This document shows positions 10,060-19,550 of a stretch of 64,000 nt of DNA, piece by piece. This DNA comes from Arenicellales bacterium (GTDB taxonomy: Bacteria; Pseudomonadota; Gammaproteobacteria; Arenicellales; JAJDZL01). Location of the stretch: assembly GCA_958295885.1 (NCBI GenBank), contig OY282380.1, positions 3,711,070 through 3,775,069 of the forward strand. The letters run 5' to 3'. The notes below the pieces were generated by a model. It was given only the letters and a program-made list of their open reading frames with translations. It was not told where the DNA came from and did not search any database. Every line of letters begins with the position of its first letter. The first letter of the stretch is position 1. Made by a program: the position numbers and the translations under genes.

Positions 10060-11250
10060 CTAAATGCTCATTTTTTGTATTGACTCTCTGGCAACGATTC
10101 TTGCCTGCGCATCAGCAGCTTGGATATGTTCAATGCTTTCCACGCGATGATCTCCAAGCCGCTCAACAGATTCACGCACCACTCGGGCAATGCAAGGAAA
10201 ATGAATTTTTGATGACAGAAAAGCTGCAACTGCCTCCTCGTTGGATGCATTCATGACCGCGGCGGAAGTTCCCCCTGCCCTAGCAACGGCATGAGCCAGC
10301 TTTAAACAGGGATAGCGAATGAAATCAGGTTTTTGAAAATTCAGCCCTGACAATTGAGTCAAATTGAGAAATTCGGCTCCACTTGAACGGCGGTCTGGCC
10401 AAAACAGAGTGTTTGAGATCGGAATTCGCATGTCTGGTGAACCCAATTGAGCAAGCACCGAACCGTCTTCATATTCAACCATCGAATGCACGATGCCCTG
10501 CGGATGAACAACAACTTTGATTTTTTCCGGAGGCGTATCAAAAAACCACCGCACTTCTATGATCTCCAGGCCTTTGTTCATCATGGTTGCCGAATCGACT
10601 GAGATTTTTGCTCCCATCGACCAAATCGGATGAGCGACTGCCTGCTGAGGAGTGACGTGAATCAAGGCGTCCAATTCAGTCTTAAGAAACGGACCGCCAG
10701 ACCCCGTCAGCAGAATGCGTCGCAGCCCAGCAATTTTTTGAAATGGCTGAAATTGTCCACCTGACAGTCCTCCGCTGCACTGAAAGATCGCGTTCAGCTC
10801 GCTGTCTACGGGCAATACCGCAGTTCCATGTTTATGAATAAGATCCTGCAGCAGCCGTCCCAGCATGACGACAGGTTCCTTATTTGCAATCAGCACCCGA
10901 CTCCCAGCACGAATTGATTCAACAACAGAGTCTAAACCCGCTGCCCCAGTAACTGCCGTGACCGTGACTTGTGCAGCATAAATTTCGGTTAATGCAGACT
11001 GATCTCGGTAACTGAGAACCGCTGTCTTTGAATTTACTCCTTTCAGCTTTGAGACCAGTTCGGAAACCGCGTGATCCCGTACGACTGCAAACCTGGGCCT
11101 AAATTCTTCACACGACCGAATCAGCTGGTCTGATGCCGAACGAGCCGTGAGTGCGAAAACTTCAAACTCATGCGGATGGCGTCGAATGACGTCAAGCGTC
11201 TGCTGACCTATGCTTCCAGTTGCACCCCAAATGGCAATTGACCGGCTCAT
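10060..11250 (-). CDS. dxr: 1-deoxy-D-xylulose-5-phosphate reductoisomerase
   Basis: 396 aa with the N-terminal NADPH motif IAIWGATGSIGQQTLDV. Synteny with cdsA/uppS supports the call. Confidence 0.95.
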   Translation of the reverse strand: MSRSIAIWGATGSIGQQTLDVIRRHPHEFEVFALTARSASDQLIRSCEEFRPRFAVVRDHAVSELVSKLKGVNSKTAVLSYRDQSALTEIYAAQVTVTAVTGAAGLDSVVESIRAGSRVLIANKEPVVMLGRLLQDLIHKHGTAVLPVDSELNAIFQCSGGLSGGQFQPFQKIAGLRRILLTGSGGPFLKTELDALIHVTPQQAVAHPIWSMGAKISVDSATMMNKGLEIIEVRWFFDTPPEKIKVVVHPQGIVHSMVEYEDGSVLAQLGSPDMRIPISNTLFWPDRRSSGAEFLNLTQLSGLNFQKPDFIRYPCLKLAHAVARAGGTSAAVMNASNEEAVAAFLSSKIHFPCIARVVRESVERLGDHRVESIEHIQAADAQARIVARESIQKMSI

Positions 11251-11266
11251 TTTGTCTTGATTTCTC

Positions 11267-12064
11267 TCATTTGAACAGCGTTAGAACACACAGAGCGTAA
11301 ATGGGCGATGCTGCCAGAGTGCTGTCAATTCTATCAAGCACGCCTCCATGTCCAGGTATCAGATTCCCACTGTCTTTCACATTGGCTCGGCGTTTGTTGA
11401 GACTGACGAACAAATCTCCAATGACTGAGAACATTGCTGCAATCAGACAGACGGCTCCCCAGAGGATAACTTGCAGAAATTGATTTTCCCAGAGCAAGGT
11501 TCCGCTGGCCAAAGCAGCTGCAAAAACCGCGAGCAGTGCCCCGATAAGGCCTTCAACGGTTTTGCCAGGACTGATTGAAGGTGCAAGTGGCCTTCTCCCA
11601 AATCGTTTTCCGCTGAAGTAGGCGGCGATGTCAGCCAGACATACGACCGCGAACAATCCGAGCGCCCAAAAAAAGTGGGCATGCAACAATAAATGCGAAA
11701 TGCTGAACACTGCAAACGACAATGCTGCAACCGCGATGACGGGATACGCAATTGAGAAACGCGCCCCGCCCTTCGACCGAATTACATGCAATGCCAGTAC
11801 GCACCACAGAACCGTTCCAAAGAGAAGCAAACCGATGCCATAGTCCTGCATGAGATAAAGTGCGAAACTCGCCAATGCAACAGCAGCTGCAAACGCGGCC
11901 ATCGCCGGTTTGCTTTTCAGCTGAAAAAGTCTAGCCCATTCGATTGAAGCCAAAACTGCAATTGAGAGCATAAAAAAAAACAGCCACAAAGGCGGCAGCA
12001 GGAACAATGCGCCGGCCAGACCAGCAGCCAGAACCAGCCCGGTAACAATGCGTGTTCTCAGCAC
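11267..12064 (-). CDS. cdsA: phosphatidate cytidylyltransferase
   Basis: Polytopic membrane protein with the C-terminal CdsA signature (SLNKRRANVKDSGNLIPGHGGVLDRIDS). The 325-aa track ORF (to 12244) would overlap uppS by about 160 nt. I place the start at GTG 12064 (VLRTRIVTGLVLAAG...), 16 nt after the uppS stop. The exact start is uncertain. Confidence 0.85.
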   Translation of the reverse strand: MLRTRIVTGLVLAAGLAGALFLLPPLWLFFFMLSIAVLASIEWARLFQLKSKPAMAAFAAAVALASFALYLMQDYGIGLLLFGTVLWCVLALHVIRSKGGARFSIAYPVIAVAALSFAVFSISHLLLHAHFFWALGLFAVVCLADIAAYFSGKRFGRRPLAPSISPGKTVEGLIGALLAVFAAALASGTLLWENQFLQVILWGAVCLIAAMFSVIGDLFVSLNKRRANVKDSGNLIPGHGGVLDRIDSTLAASPIYALCVLTLFK

Positions 12065-12080
12065 AGCGACGGTACTGCTC

Positions 12081-12821
12081 CTAGGAGTCTGTGACGATGC
12101 CACCGAATCGCCGTATTCGTTTGGCGTAAGTCTGAAGAGCCGTAAGAAACTCCTCCTGATCAAAATCAGGCCACTGAATGTCGCAAAAGTACAGCTCCGT
12201 ATAAGCCAGCTGCCAAAGCAGGAAATTGCTAAGGCGTTTTTCACCGCCGGTTCGAATGAATAAATCCGGTTCCGGCAGCGAACCGGTGATGAGTTGCTGA
12301 CTGATCAGGTCCGGACTGATTTCGTCCACTGACAGTTTTTCATTCTGAACGAATCGTGCGATTCGCCTGCAGCACTGAGTCAGGTCCCAGCGTCCGCCAT
12401 AATTTACCGCGATCGTCAGGACGAGAGCGGTATTATTCGAAGTCGTCTGAACTGCTTTGTCGATTTTTTCCTGGATCGTGGGCGAAAGCGCGCGAATTTC
12501 ACCAATAAAATTCAGCTGAACTTCATTTTCATGCAGTTCCTGGACTTCTTTGTCCAGGGAATTTGACAGAAGTCGCATGAGCCACTCCACTTCCTGACGC
12601 GGACGATTCCAGTTTTCGCTGCTGAACGCGAACAAGGTCAGGTAAGGAATCTTCAATTGGATGCAACCTTCAACGACGGTTTTTACCCGACTGACTCCGC
12701 GTCGGTGCCCTTCCAGTCGACCAATCCCTTTTTTCGTACCCCAGCGGCCGTTGCCATCCATGATGATCGCTACATGATTTGGGCGAATTGGAAATAGCGC
12801 TGACTCGGAACTGTCTGACAT
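12081..12821 (-). CDS. uppS: undecaprenyl diphosphate synthase
   Basis: 246 aa with the motif HVAIIMDGNGRW. The frr-uppS-cdsA order is conserved. Confidence 0.95.
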   Translation of the reverse strand: MSDSSESALFPIRPNHVAIIMDGNGRWGTKKGIGRLEGHRRGVSRVKTVVEGCIQLKIPYLTLFAFSSENWNRPRQEVEWLMRLLSNSLDKEVQELHENEVQLNFIGEIRALSPTIQEKIDKAVQTTSNNTALVLTIAVNYGGRWDLTQCCRRIARFVQNEKLSVDEISPDLISQQLITGSLPEPDLFIRTGGEKRLSNFLLWQLAYTELYFCDIQWPDFDQEEFLTALQTYAKRIRRFGGIVTDS

Positions 12822-12873
12822 AGAGTCGTTGACCTGGGAAAAGGTTAAAGCAAAAGACTACTTGAATCTGTGG

Positions 12874-13431
12874 CTAGATGGTAATGATTTCCTTTTCTTT
12901 CGCCGCTACGATCACATCGACCTGAGCGACAAACCGATCGGTCAGTTCCTGAATTCTTGCCAGACCGGAACGCTCTTCATCTTCAGTGATCTCCTTCTCT
13001 TTAAGCCAGTATTTCAGGTCGCTGTTGCTTGATCTTCGGATATTGCGTATGGCGATTTTCGCGGATTCTCCCTCCGCCCTTGCCACTTTTGTAATCTCCT
13101 GCCGCCGTTCTCCCGTCAAGGCTGGAATTGGCACGCGGATGATTTCACTTGCACTCATCGGATTCAATCCAAGGTTTGATTCGATAATGGCTTTATCAAT
13201 CACTGGAATCATTGACTTTTCCCAAGGATTGATGCTGATCGTCCGCGCGTCGCTCACAACCAGCGTCGCCACCTGATTCAATGGAACATTCGTACCGTAG
13301 TAATCCACTCGTATATGGTTCAGGAGCGCTGTATTCGCCCGACCCGTACGCAGTTTGGATAATTCCTTGCGAAGTGTTCCCAGCGATTTTTTCATGCGAA
13401 TTTCAGCGTCCTCAAAAATCTCGTCAATCAT
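12874..13431 (-). CDS. frr: ribosome recycling factor
   Basis: 185 aa with a typical RRF sequence. The pyrH-frr order is conserved. Confidence 0.96.
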   Translation of the reverse strand: MIDEIFEDAEIRMKKSLGTLRKELSKLRTGRANTALLNHIRVDYYGTNVPLNQVATLVVSDARTISINPWEKSMIPVIDKAIIESNLGLNPMSASEIIRVPIPALTGERRQEITKVARAEGESAKIAIRNIRRSSNSDLKYWLKEKEITEDEERSGLARIQELTDRFVAQVDVIVAAKEKEIITI

Positions 13432-13432
13432 C

Positions 13433-14167
13433 TTAATTCTCCTCTGAAACCAAAGATCCTATTTCCTCCCCCATTCCTGCCTGGATCAATCCTCCTTCAG
13501 TCAACGCATCAAAAACACGCACTGGGAGACGGTGTTCGCGGCAAAGTGCGATAGAAGTCGCATCCATGAATCCAAGATTTTTTTCGAGCACTTCGCTGTG
13601 CGTTACGAATGCGTAGCGTGCAGCGGAAGGATTTAATTCTGGGTCTGAGTCATAGACACCGTTGACTTTCGTAGCTTTGAGCAGGACATTCGCGCCAATT
13701 TGAATGGCGCGCAGGCTGGCTGCCGTATCCGTGGAAAAATGCGAATGACCCGTTCCTCCGGCAAATATGACTACTCTGCCGGCATCCAGATGCTTTCGAC
13801 ATGCATTCCCGTCATAGGCTTCAACAACAGACGGCACTGGGACAGCTGACTGCACAATCGCGTCAGCCCCGCTTTGGATTACGCCCTGTTCCAACGCCAA
13901 CGCATTTACGATGGTAAAAAGCAGCCCCATATGATGTCCGCGTTCGGCGAAGATCGACGGCTCACTTCGACTTCCTCCTCGATAAAAATTTCCTCCACCG
14001 ATTACTACTCCAATACGAAGCCCCCGGTGTGCCAAATCGACCAGCTCGTCTGCAGTTCTTCTAAGCTTCCGATCATCAATCCCTCTTCCATCCTTACCGC
14101 CAAGCAGTTCACCGCTCAGCTTGAACAGAACTGTTTCGAATTTTGAAACTGCGTTCTCGTCAGTCAA
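13433..14167 (-). CDS. pyrH: UMP kinase
   Basis: 244 aa with the FKLSGELLGG motif. It lies between tsf and frr. Confidence 0.95.
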   Translation of the reverse strand: MTDENAVSKFETVLFKLSGELLGGKDGRGIDDRKLRRTADELVDLAHRGLRIGVVIGGGNFYRGGSRSEPSIFAERGHHMGLLFTIVNALALEQGVIQSGADAIVQSAVPVPSVVEAYDGNACRKHLDAGRVVIFAGGTGHSHFSTDTAASLRAIQIGANVLLKATKVNGVYDSDPELNPSAARYAFVTHSEVLEKNLGFMDATSIALCREHRLPVRVFDALTEGGLIQAGMGEEIGSLVSEEN

Positions 14168-14182
14168 TGAAACTTACCAAAA

Positions 14183-15022
14183 TCAGAGTTTTTCACCCAA
14201 TTGAAACAATCGAAATCGGTTCAATGAGACATTCTTTTCTTTCAATACGCGGCTTACAGCCTTATTTTCGTCTTCATAGTATGACTGACCCAGCAGCGTA
14301 TTTTCACTAGAAAATTTACGAATTTTTCCAGTGACGATGCGATCAAGAATAAATTCAGGTTTGCCGCTTTTTTGGGCTTGTACCATGTAGATCTCGCGTT
14401 CTTTCTCCAAAATGTCATCGGGAATGGAGGAGGCATCCAGCCAGCGGGGTTTCTTCACCGCGGAATGGATTGCCATGTCGTTCGCAACATCACCGTTTTG
14501 TTCCCCGGTGACTTCCGTCAGAATGCCCATTTTGCCTCGATGTACATAACTGCCGACGACACAACCGGCAGGAGCCTTGAACGCGGCAATTCGTCGAATT
14601 GATATGTTTTCGCGTATTTTTGAAAGAACTTCCAGACGTTTTTCTTCTACCGTCCGGCCATCTTCATACTCCATTTGCTTGAGGACGCTGACATCATCAC
14701 AATCCTCACCAAGCAGGAGCGCAACTTCTCCCAGTTTCGCTGCAAAGGCCTGAAACGCATCACCTCGTGCGACGAAATCAGTTTCACAATTCACCTCAAG
14801 AAGCACCCCGAAGTCCTGATTTGCCGACAGCCGGCTGACGATCAGTCCTTCGGACGCCTGACGGCTAGATCGAGCATCGGCCATAGCCGCACCTTTCTTG
14901 CGCAATTCCTCGATGGCTTTTTCTTCATCACCATCACATTCTACAAGCACTTTCTTGCAATCCATGATTCCGACTCCGGTTCGATCACGAAGTTTCTTCA
15001 CCATGAGCGCAGTGATTTTCAA
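14183..15022 (-). CDS. tsf: elongation factor Ts
   Basis: 279 aa with N-terminal ALMVKKLRDRTGVGIMDCKKVL. It is downstream of rpsB. Confidence 0.96.
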   Translation of the reverse strand: MKITALMVKKLRDRTGVGIMDCKKVLVECDGDEEKAIEELRKKGAAMADARSSRQASEGLIVSRLSANQDFGVLLEVNCETDFVARGDAFQAFAAKLGEVALLLGEDCDDVSVLKQMEYEDGRTVEEKRLEVLSKIRENISIRRIAAFKAPAGCVVGSYVHRGKMGILTEVTGEQNGDVANDMAIHSAVKKPRWLDASSIPDDILEKEREIYMVQAQKSGKPEFILDRIVTGKIRKFSSENTLLGQSYYEDENKAVSRVLKEKNVSLNRFRLFQLGEKL

Positions 15023-15204
15023 TCTACTATCTCCCTTTAATGAAATTTATTTTGAAATTTGATGTTTGCCGTAGTCGGGCTTCACAAATATCCATGTTCG
15101 GTCTCCGCCTCACATTATGAGAAGCGATTCGTTGGAAATCAGCTCAACAGGGGCATAATTGACTATTCTGGTTTGTGCTGACCAAGCCAGATTAACGCTG
15201 TCGG

Positions 15205-16059
15205 TTATGGGTTTGAAGCGGTCTCCGGTGGCGCAGCGGCTGTTGATTCCTCCTCTGTCGAGCGAAGAGAGGGGGCAACTGCAGCACGCGCTCCTGTAAC
15301 GTTCAGCATCGACAGGTCCTCCGGCGCCATCGTTGAATCCAGTTCATAACTTTCGGAATACAGGTTTTGAGAAGCAGCCAAAGTCTGCCCAGAAATCACG
15401 GCATCCGCTGCATGCGTGCAATAGAGACGGATCGCACTAATTGCGTCATCATTGCCAGGGATCACGTACTCGATCCCATCGGGATTGCAGTTCGTATCCA
15501 CAATACCCACGACCGGGATGCCTAATTTATTCGCCTCCTTTACTGCATTGCTTTCATATTTTACGTCTATCACAAACAAGATGTCGGGACGCCCGTCCAT
15601 GTTTCGAATGCCTGCGAGATTTCGGTCCAGCTTAAACTGTTCACGCTGAATCCGAAGCGCTTCTTTTTTAACTAATTTTGCCACTTCACCGGAATTGATA
15701 ATCTCATCCAGTTCATTGAGTCTGTCAATGGATTTTCGAACGGTGGTGTAGTTTGTCAGCATGCCACCCAGCCAACGGTGATAAACGTACGGACAGTTCG
15801 CCCTCTGCGCCTGTTCGCGAACAATGGTGCCTGCCTGCGACTTCGTGCCGACAAACATTACGACCTGTCCCCTCGCAGCAGCACTTTCAAGATAATCCAT
15901 CGCTTCGTTGAACATTCTAACTGTATGTTCAAGATTGATGACGTGAATTCGACTGCGGTGACCGTAAATATACGGTTCCATCTTTGGACACCAAAATCGA
16001 GTCTGGTGCCCGAAATGTACGCCAACCTCAAGCAGCTGACGCATGGTTACTCTTGACAT
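15205..16059 (-). CDS. rpsB: 30S ribosomal protein S2 (with a ~40-aa low-complexity C-terminal tail)
   Basis: 284 aa with N-terminal MRQLLEVGVHFGHQTRFWCPKM. The rpsB-tsf operon is conserved. Confidence 0.96.
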   Translation of the reverse strand: MSRVTMRQLLEVGVHFGHQTRFWCPKMEPYIYGHRSRIHVINLEHTVRMFNEAMDYLESAAARGQVVMFVGTKSQAGTIVREQAQRANCPYVYHRWLGGMLTNYTTVRKSIDRLNELDEIINSGEVAKLVKKEALRIQREQFKLDRNLAGIRNMDGRPDILFVIDVKYESNAVKEANKLGIPVVGIVDTNCNPDGIEYVIPGNDDAISAIRLYCTHAADAVISGQTLAASQNLYSESYELDSTMAPEDLSMLNVTGARAAVAPSLRSTEEESTAAAPPETASNP

Positions 16060-16471
16060 ATTATCCTTCCTGTTCGGGTTTCGACCACCATGGTGTGACC
16101 TGCCGACCAGTTAAGGCACCCGGACCGATCACCGGCAATCCATGTGAGTAATTAAAATCAACATAGTGTACTACGTTTTAGCTGAAGAATCAAAATCATA
16201 TTTCGCATAAGCCTGTTGCTATGACTCTGAGACCAGCAGCTGCAAATCAGCTTGTCACTGTCACCGTGGCAGCATTTCCAACGCTTGCCTTCACCTGCCG
16301 GTCATCGTCGCCGAACCGGCTCCCAGTGCCGTTACTGTGGCGCCTGTCTCGAATTCAACCGGCTATCTGCCCAAACAACTGTCAAGACAGCTGAGTTTAT
16401 CGTCTGCCAATACACTATCCTGTTTAGATTGTAACGCATTGCCATTCGCATCCTTGACCAATGCGCTCAGC

Positions 16472-16543
16472 GAGGCAGTTGCGCTGTACAAGATATTCAA
16501 GTACTTTTGAGAGTTGACTGAATCCAAAAACATTGTCTGAATC
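16472..16543. repeat. copy A of a diverged ~72-nt direct repeat (partner at 20579-20650)
   Basis: By-eye alignment of gaggcagttgcGctGtaca..ttgAgagttgactgaatCcaaAaacatt.tctgaa against the partner gives roughly three quarters identity with small indels. Confidence 0.65.
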
Positions 16544-17638
16544 TCTCGCCATCGTTGATTTGATGACTTGTTTTACGAATATCCAAGCATTTGCCCCGTC
16601 AATTGCAATCGTACCGGGGCGAATGCCCTTGAGCAGCTGGTAAAAACAGGCGGCTGCAATAATTTTTCGGAATTCAGGCGCGCCATGGCTTCGCCAGCTT
16701 CATGGGCGGCGATCCTTTTGCGATCCGGTGCTGTAAGCTGCTTTGGGCGGGCGCCAGGTTATCTCGCAGATAGGCAATTTCCGACCGCGAGGCTTTGCGC
16801 AGCTCCACGGCAACTGGAATTTCATACTGCGTGTCGGCGATCAGATGCACCCGGTAGCCGAACCATTGCTCGATCTTTTCCCACAGCGCGCCATCTTGAC
16901 GGCGTATCTGGTCTCGTGCCGGCCCCAGTCGGCATCGGAGTCCGAGGTACGATCTTTGCCAGCGAGGGTTCTGCCGGTGCGATGAGAAGACAATGCTTTG
17001 CCATCGTAGCCCAGACAACGATCGAAATCCGGCGCTTCTGCCATCAGCTGATGGCGTAGCGTGACGATCATCTCAGACACAAGACCAGTGTCGGCCTCCA
17101 GCTTGAACAGCTGTTTGAGAAAACATGAAAAATTACATGCGCCATGCAGTGAGGAACGAAACGGCTGGATTTGTTCGTCGACCGACTTCACCTGACTTTG
17201 CTCATCGTATTGCAGCGTTTGTTTCGGTGGGCTCTGCCGTGGCAGCGGGTTGAAGCCGCAAAGCTGTGCCAGCTGCACGTTTCGAGCCAGTTCCCGCAGC
17301 GGAGAATTCAACGAGTCATGCCCGAACGCGACGCCTGCGATCAGGGTCTGGAACAGGGCTCGGATAGTCGTTGCGGCCGCGTCCGCGTCGAGACTCCAGT
17401 TGTGCGACAGTTTCTTGGTACGGCAGGTGCTCGAGAATCAAGACCAAGTGCTGTAGTTCCGGCATGTCATCGGTTTCCCAGGCGAAAAGATGTGGATAGT
17501 TTTCAGGCATACGAAGATCTCTGGAAGTGCCTTGACGTGTTGAATATCATGGCCCTGAATGATCTCAAGAAACTTAGTGAATATAAGCCATAACATATTG
17601 ATAATATATGGTATTGTAATATTTCGCAGGCTGACTTC

Positions 17639-17661
17639 AGGTGCCCGGTGAGGCACCTTTT
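17639..17661 (+). terminator. short GC hairpin followed by a T-run (aggtgcc-cggtga-ggcacctttt)
   Basis: A 7-bp stem and 6-nt loop followed by TTTT, read directly from the sequence. It lies just upstream (5') of the dead transposase gene, possibly at the IS end. No plus-strand gene precedes it, so its function is unclear. Confidence 0.3.
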
Positions 17662-17881
17662 GCCGACTGGGGCAGAATTGGTTCGAAAACTGGCAAAATG
17701 CTCAGAAAAGCGCAGAGAACAGCGTTATTTTAGGGTGAATAATAATTTCCGCCCCTTGATTTACTCAATCAAATCAACCTGTATCTAACAGCGCAAATGC
17801 CTCTAATTGAATTAAAACCTTGAAGTCTTTCCAGCTCTTCACTGACAATAACTTCGAGTCTTGGTTCAAATATTCGTTCGA

Positions 17882-19048
17882 CTAATCTGAAACGCCAAAG
17901 AATTCGCGGCAGATAGACAAGAATTGTTCGGCTGATTTGGATAGTTTCGTAGATTTGCGCCAAATCAGGACAACCCGGCTTGGTTCAGCCTCGGCGATCA
18001 GACGTCGGCTGACAAGTGCACGACCGTCATATGTCATGGGCGAAGCCGGTTTCGTGGCGAGCAAGGTATAGCCTAGACCATGCCCAACCATTCCGCGTAC
18101 CATTTCAAAACTGGAGGAGCGATGCGCGATCTTCGGCGTAAGGCCTGCATTTTCCAAGAATTCTGTGAAGTAGGGCGGATCGTCCAGAAGAACCATCGGA
18201 TATTCGACTAGCTCTGCCGGAGTCAACGCCTGTTTTTTAGCAAGAGGATGACCCTCAGCCAACAAAACGTACGGAGTCAGCTGAGTAAGAGGAATGACGG
18301 CCAAATCTTCAGGGAGATGAAGATCAAAAAGCAGTCCCAGTTCGGTTTTACCGGCTTGCAGGCTCTCCAGAATCCTGCGCTGATCTCCTTCTACAAGATT
18401 GATTGTCAGTATCGAGTCATTGGCCATCATTCGTTGAATTAATTCCGGCAAAAAATACGGTCCAAAAGTGTGAAAGCAGCCGACCGACAGCGTACTCTGG
18501 GCTCTTCTCTTGCCTGCCGCGATGGAAGATGCGCGCTCAATCCGAGAGACGGCACCGTAAGCACGGTGGGCATAGATCAAAGGTGACCCCCGTTCCGCTA
18601 CAAAAATGTCAGTTACTTCGCCCAAGAAAACATGATGTGTGCCGACAAGATTCGAAGAAATCAATTCGCAGTCAAAACCAACCAGAGGATCAATCACTCG
18701 AGGTGCGCCTGATGGCATGGCAGTCCATTCGGCACATTCGAACTTATCGTCAACTACATCCTTAAAGCGTCCCGCGAAGGTATCAGAGACATAGGTTTGA
18801 TCATCTTTCAGAACATTTACGCAGAATACGCCATTGTCGATAATCTTCTGTGCTGTCGGGCTCAGCTGATGCACACAGACCAGCAGAGTCGGTTTTGGCG
18901 TGTCGGCAGAGACCGAGGACATTGCCGACACTGTCACGCCTGCGCGTCCAGCAGCACCGTCCGTTGTAATAATGTTCACGGTGCAGGCGGCGTGGCTCAT
19001 ACCGTCTAAAAACTTGTTTCGGAGTACACGCCGCGATTTCACTCGCAT
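17882..19048 (-). CDS. two-domain protein: N-terminal flavin reductase-like (FMN-binding split barrel) domain fused to a C-terminal LysR-type substrate-binding domain; no HTH
   Basis: Track ORF 17882-19057 (GTG start). I prefer ATG 19048, which has GAGAGG 7 nt upstream. Residues ~1-165 match flavin-reductase family features: FLDGMSHAACTVNIITTDGAAGRAGVTVSAMSSVSADTPKPTLLVCV...FCVNVL...FAGRF...GSPLIYAHRAYG. Residues ~185-388 look like a LysR effector-binding (PBP2) fold: LSVGCFHTFGPYFLPELIQRMM...LVEGDQRRILESLQAGKTELGLLF...FEMVRGMVGHGLGYTLL. No winged-helix DNA-binding segment precedes either domain. Confidence 0.8.
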   Translation of the reverse strand: MRVKSRRVLRNKFLDGMSHAACTVNIITTDGAAGRAGVTVSAMSSVSADTPKPTLLVCVHQLSPTAQKIIDNGVFCVNVLKDDQTYVSDTFAGRFKDVVDDKFECAEWTAMPSGAPRVIDPLVGFDCELISSNLVGTHHVFLGEVTDIFVAERGSPLIYAHRAYGAVSRIERASSIAAGKRRAQSTLSVGCFHTFGPYFLPELIQRMMANDSILTINLVEGDQRRILESLQAGKTELGLLFDLHLPEDLAVIPLTQLTPYVLLAEGHPLAKKQALTPAELVEYPMVLLDDPPYFTEFLENAGLTPKIAHRSSSFEMVRGMVGHGLGYTLLATKPASPMTYDGRALVSRRLIAEAEPSRVVLIWRKSTKLSKSAEQFLSICREFFGVSD

Positions 19049-19550
19049 GGGCAACACCTCTCTGAATTTGTCGTTGGGAGTGTTGATTCGAAAAATTATA
19101 CGGTCTGTCTCTTGAAAACATACGATGCAACAGTACTGTCACAGAAAGTTAATTTGAATCATGGACAACCTTAGAAAGAAGTTTCAGGCAGTGCTAGATT
19201 CTGATAATTTTTTGCCTACCTACCGCCGCATATCGAAAGCGATTGCAAGGAGTCGCGACAAACCTCAATATTAATTTCATGTTTTGGCACCGGTCGATGG
19301 AGACTGTTAGCCGCATTATTGATGATGGAAAATATATGGGTAAACGGGCATGGAAAAAGTCAGAAAGTCGTCAACCTTAGTTCATCACTTTGTTCACTGA
19401 TTTTGGGCATATTTATGATTTTCGCCCAATGCAATAGAATAGTCAATTCGTTTTTCCGATATTTGTCAGAAAATCATTCTACTATTCTACTCATACATGC
19501 AAGTTTATTGCTGATCTTTCGACTTCAGTCTAATGTAGGGATATGTATTA

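Larger units (their letters stand above)
16472..17700 (-). mobile_element. decayed IS4/IS5-superfamily insertion sequence; DDE transposase gene broken into at least 3 frames and 3'-degraded
   Basis: Track ORFs 17316-17510, 16841-17311 and 16674-17018 (all minus strand) join into one transposase if two frameshifts are repaired. The joined reading is ...LESRRGRGRNDYP / ALFQTLIAGVAFGHDSLNSPLRELARNVQLAQLCGFNPL ... GKDRTSDSDADWGRHETRY / RRQDGALWEKIEQWFGYRVHLIADTQYEIPVAVELRKASRSE (first catalytic-D region). Below 16674 only fragments remain (IIAAACFYQLLKGIRPGTIAIDG...). The region is visibly more GC-rich than its flanks. The outer boundaries are approximate. Confidence 0.75.

Noticed and set aside
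11267-12244. The full 325-aa version of the cdsA ORF
   Set aside because: It would overlap uppS by about 160 nt, and its first ~60 aa are non-CdsA-like (Arg/Ser/Leu-rich). The GTG at 12064, just after the uppS stop, gives a normal-length CdsA.
16060-16200. Possible S2 autoregulatory leader upstream of rpsB, and a possible S6:S18 leader hairpin upstream of rpsF (29141-29200, ccttgg..ccaagg)
   Set aside because: Stems can be drawn, but I cannot verify the conserved leader structures by eye. Covariance-model searches are needed before calling them.
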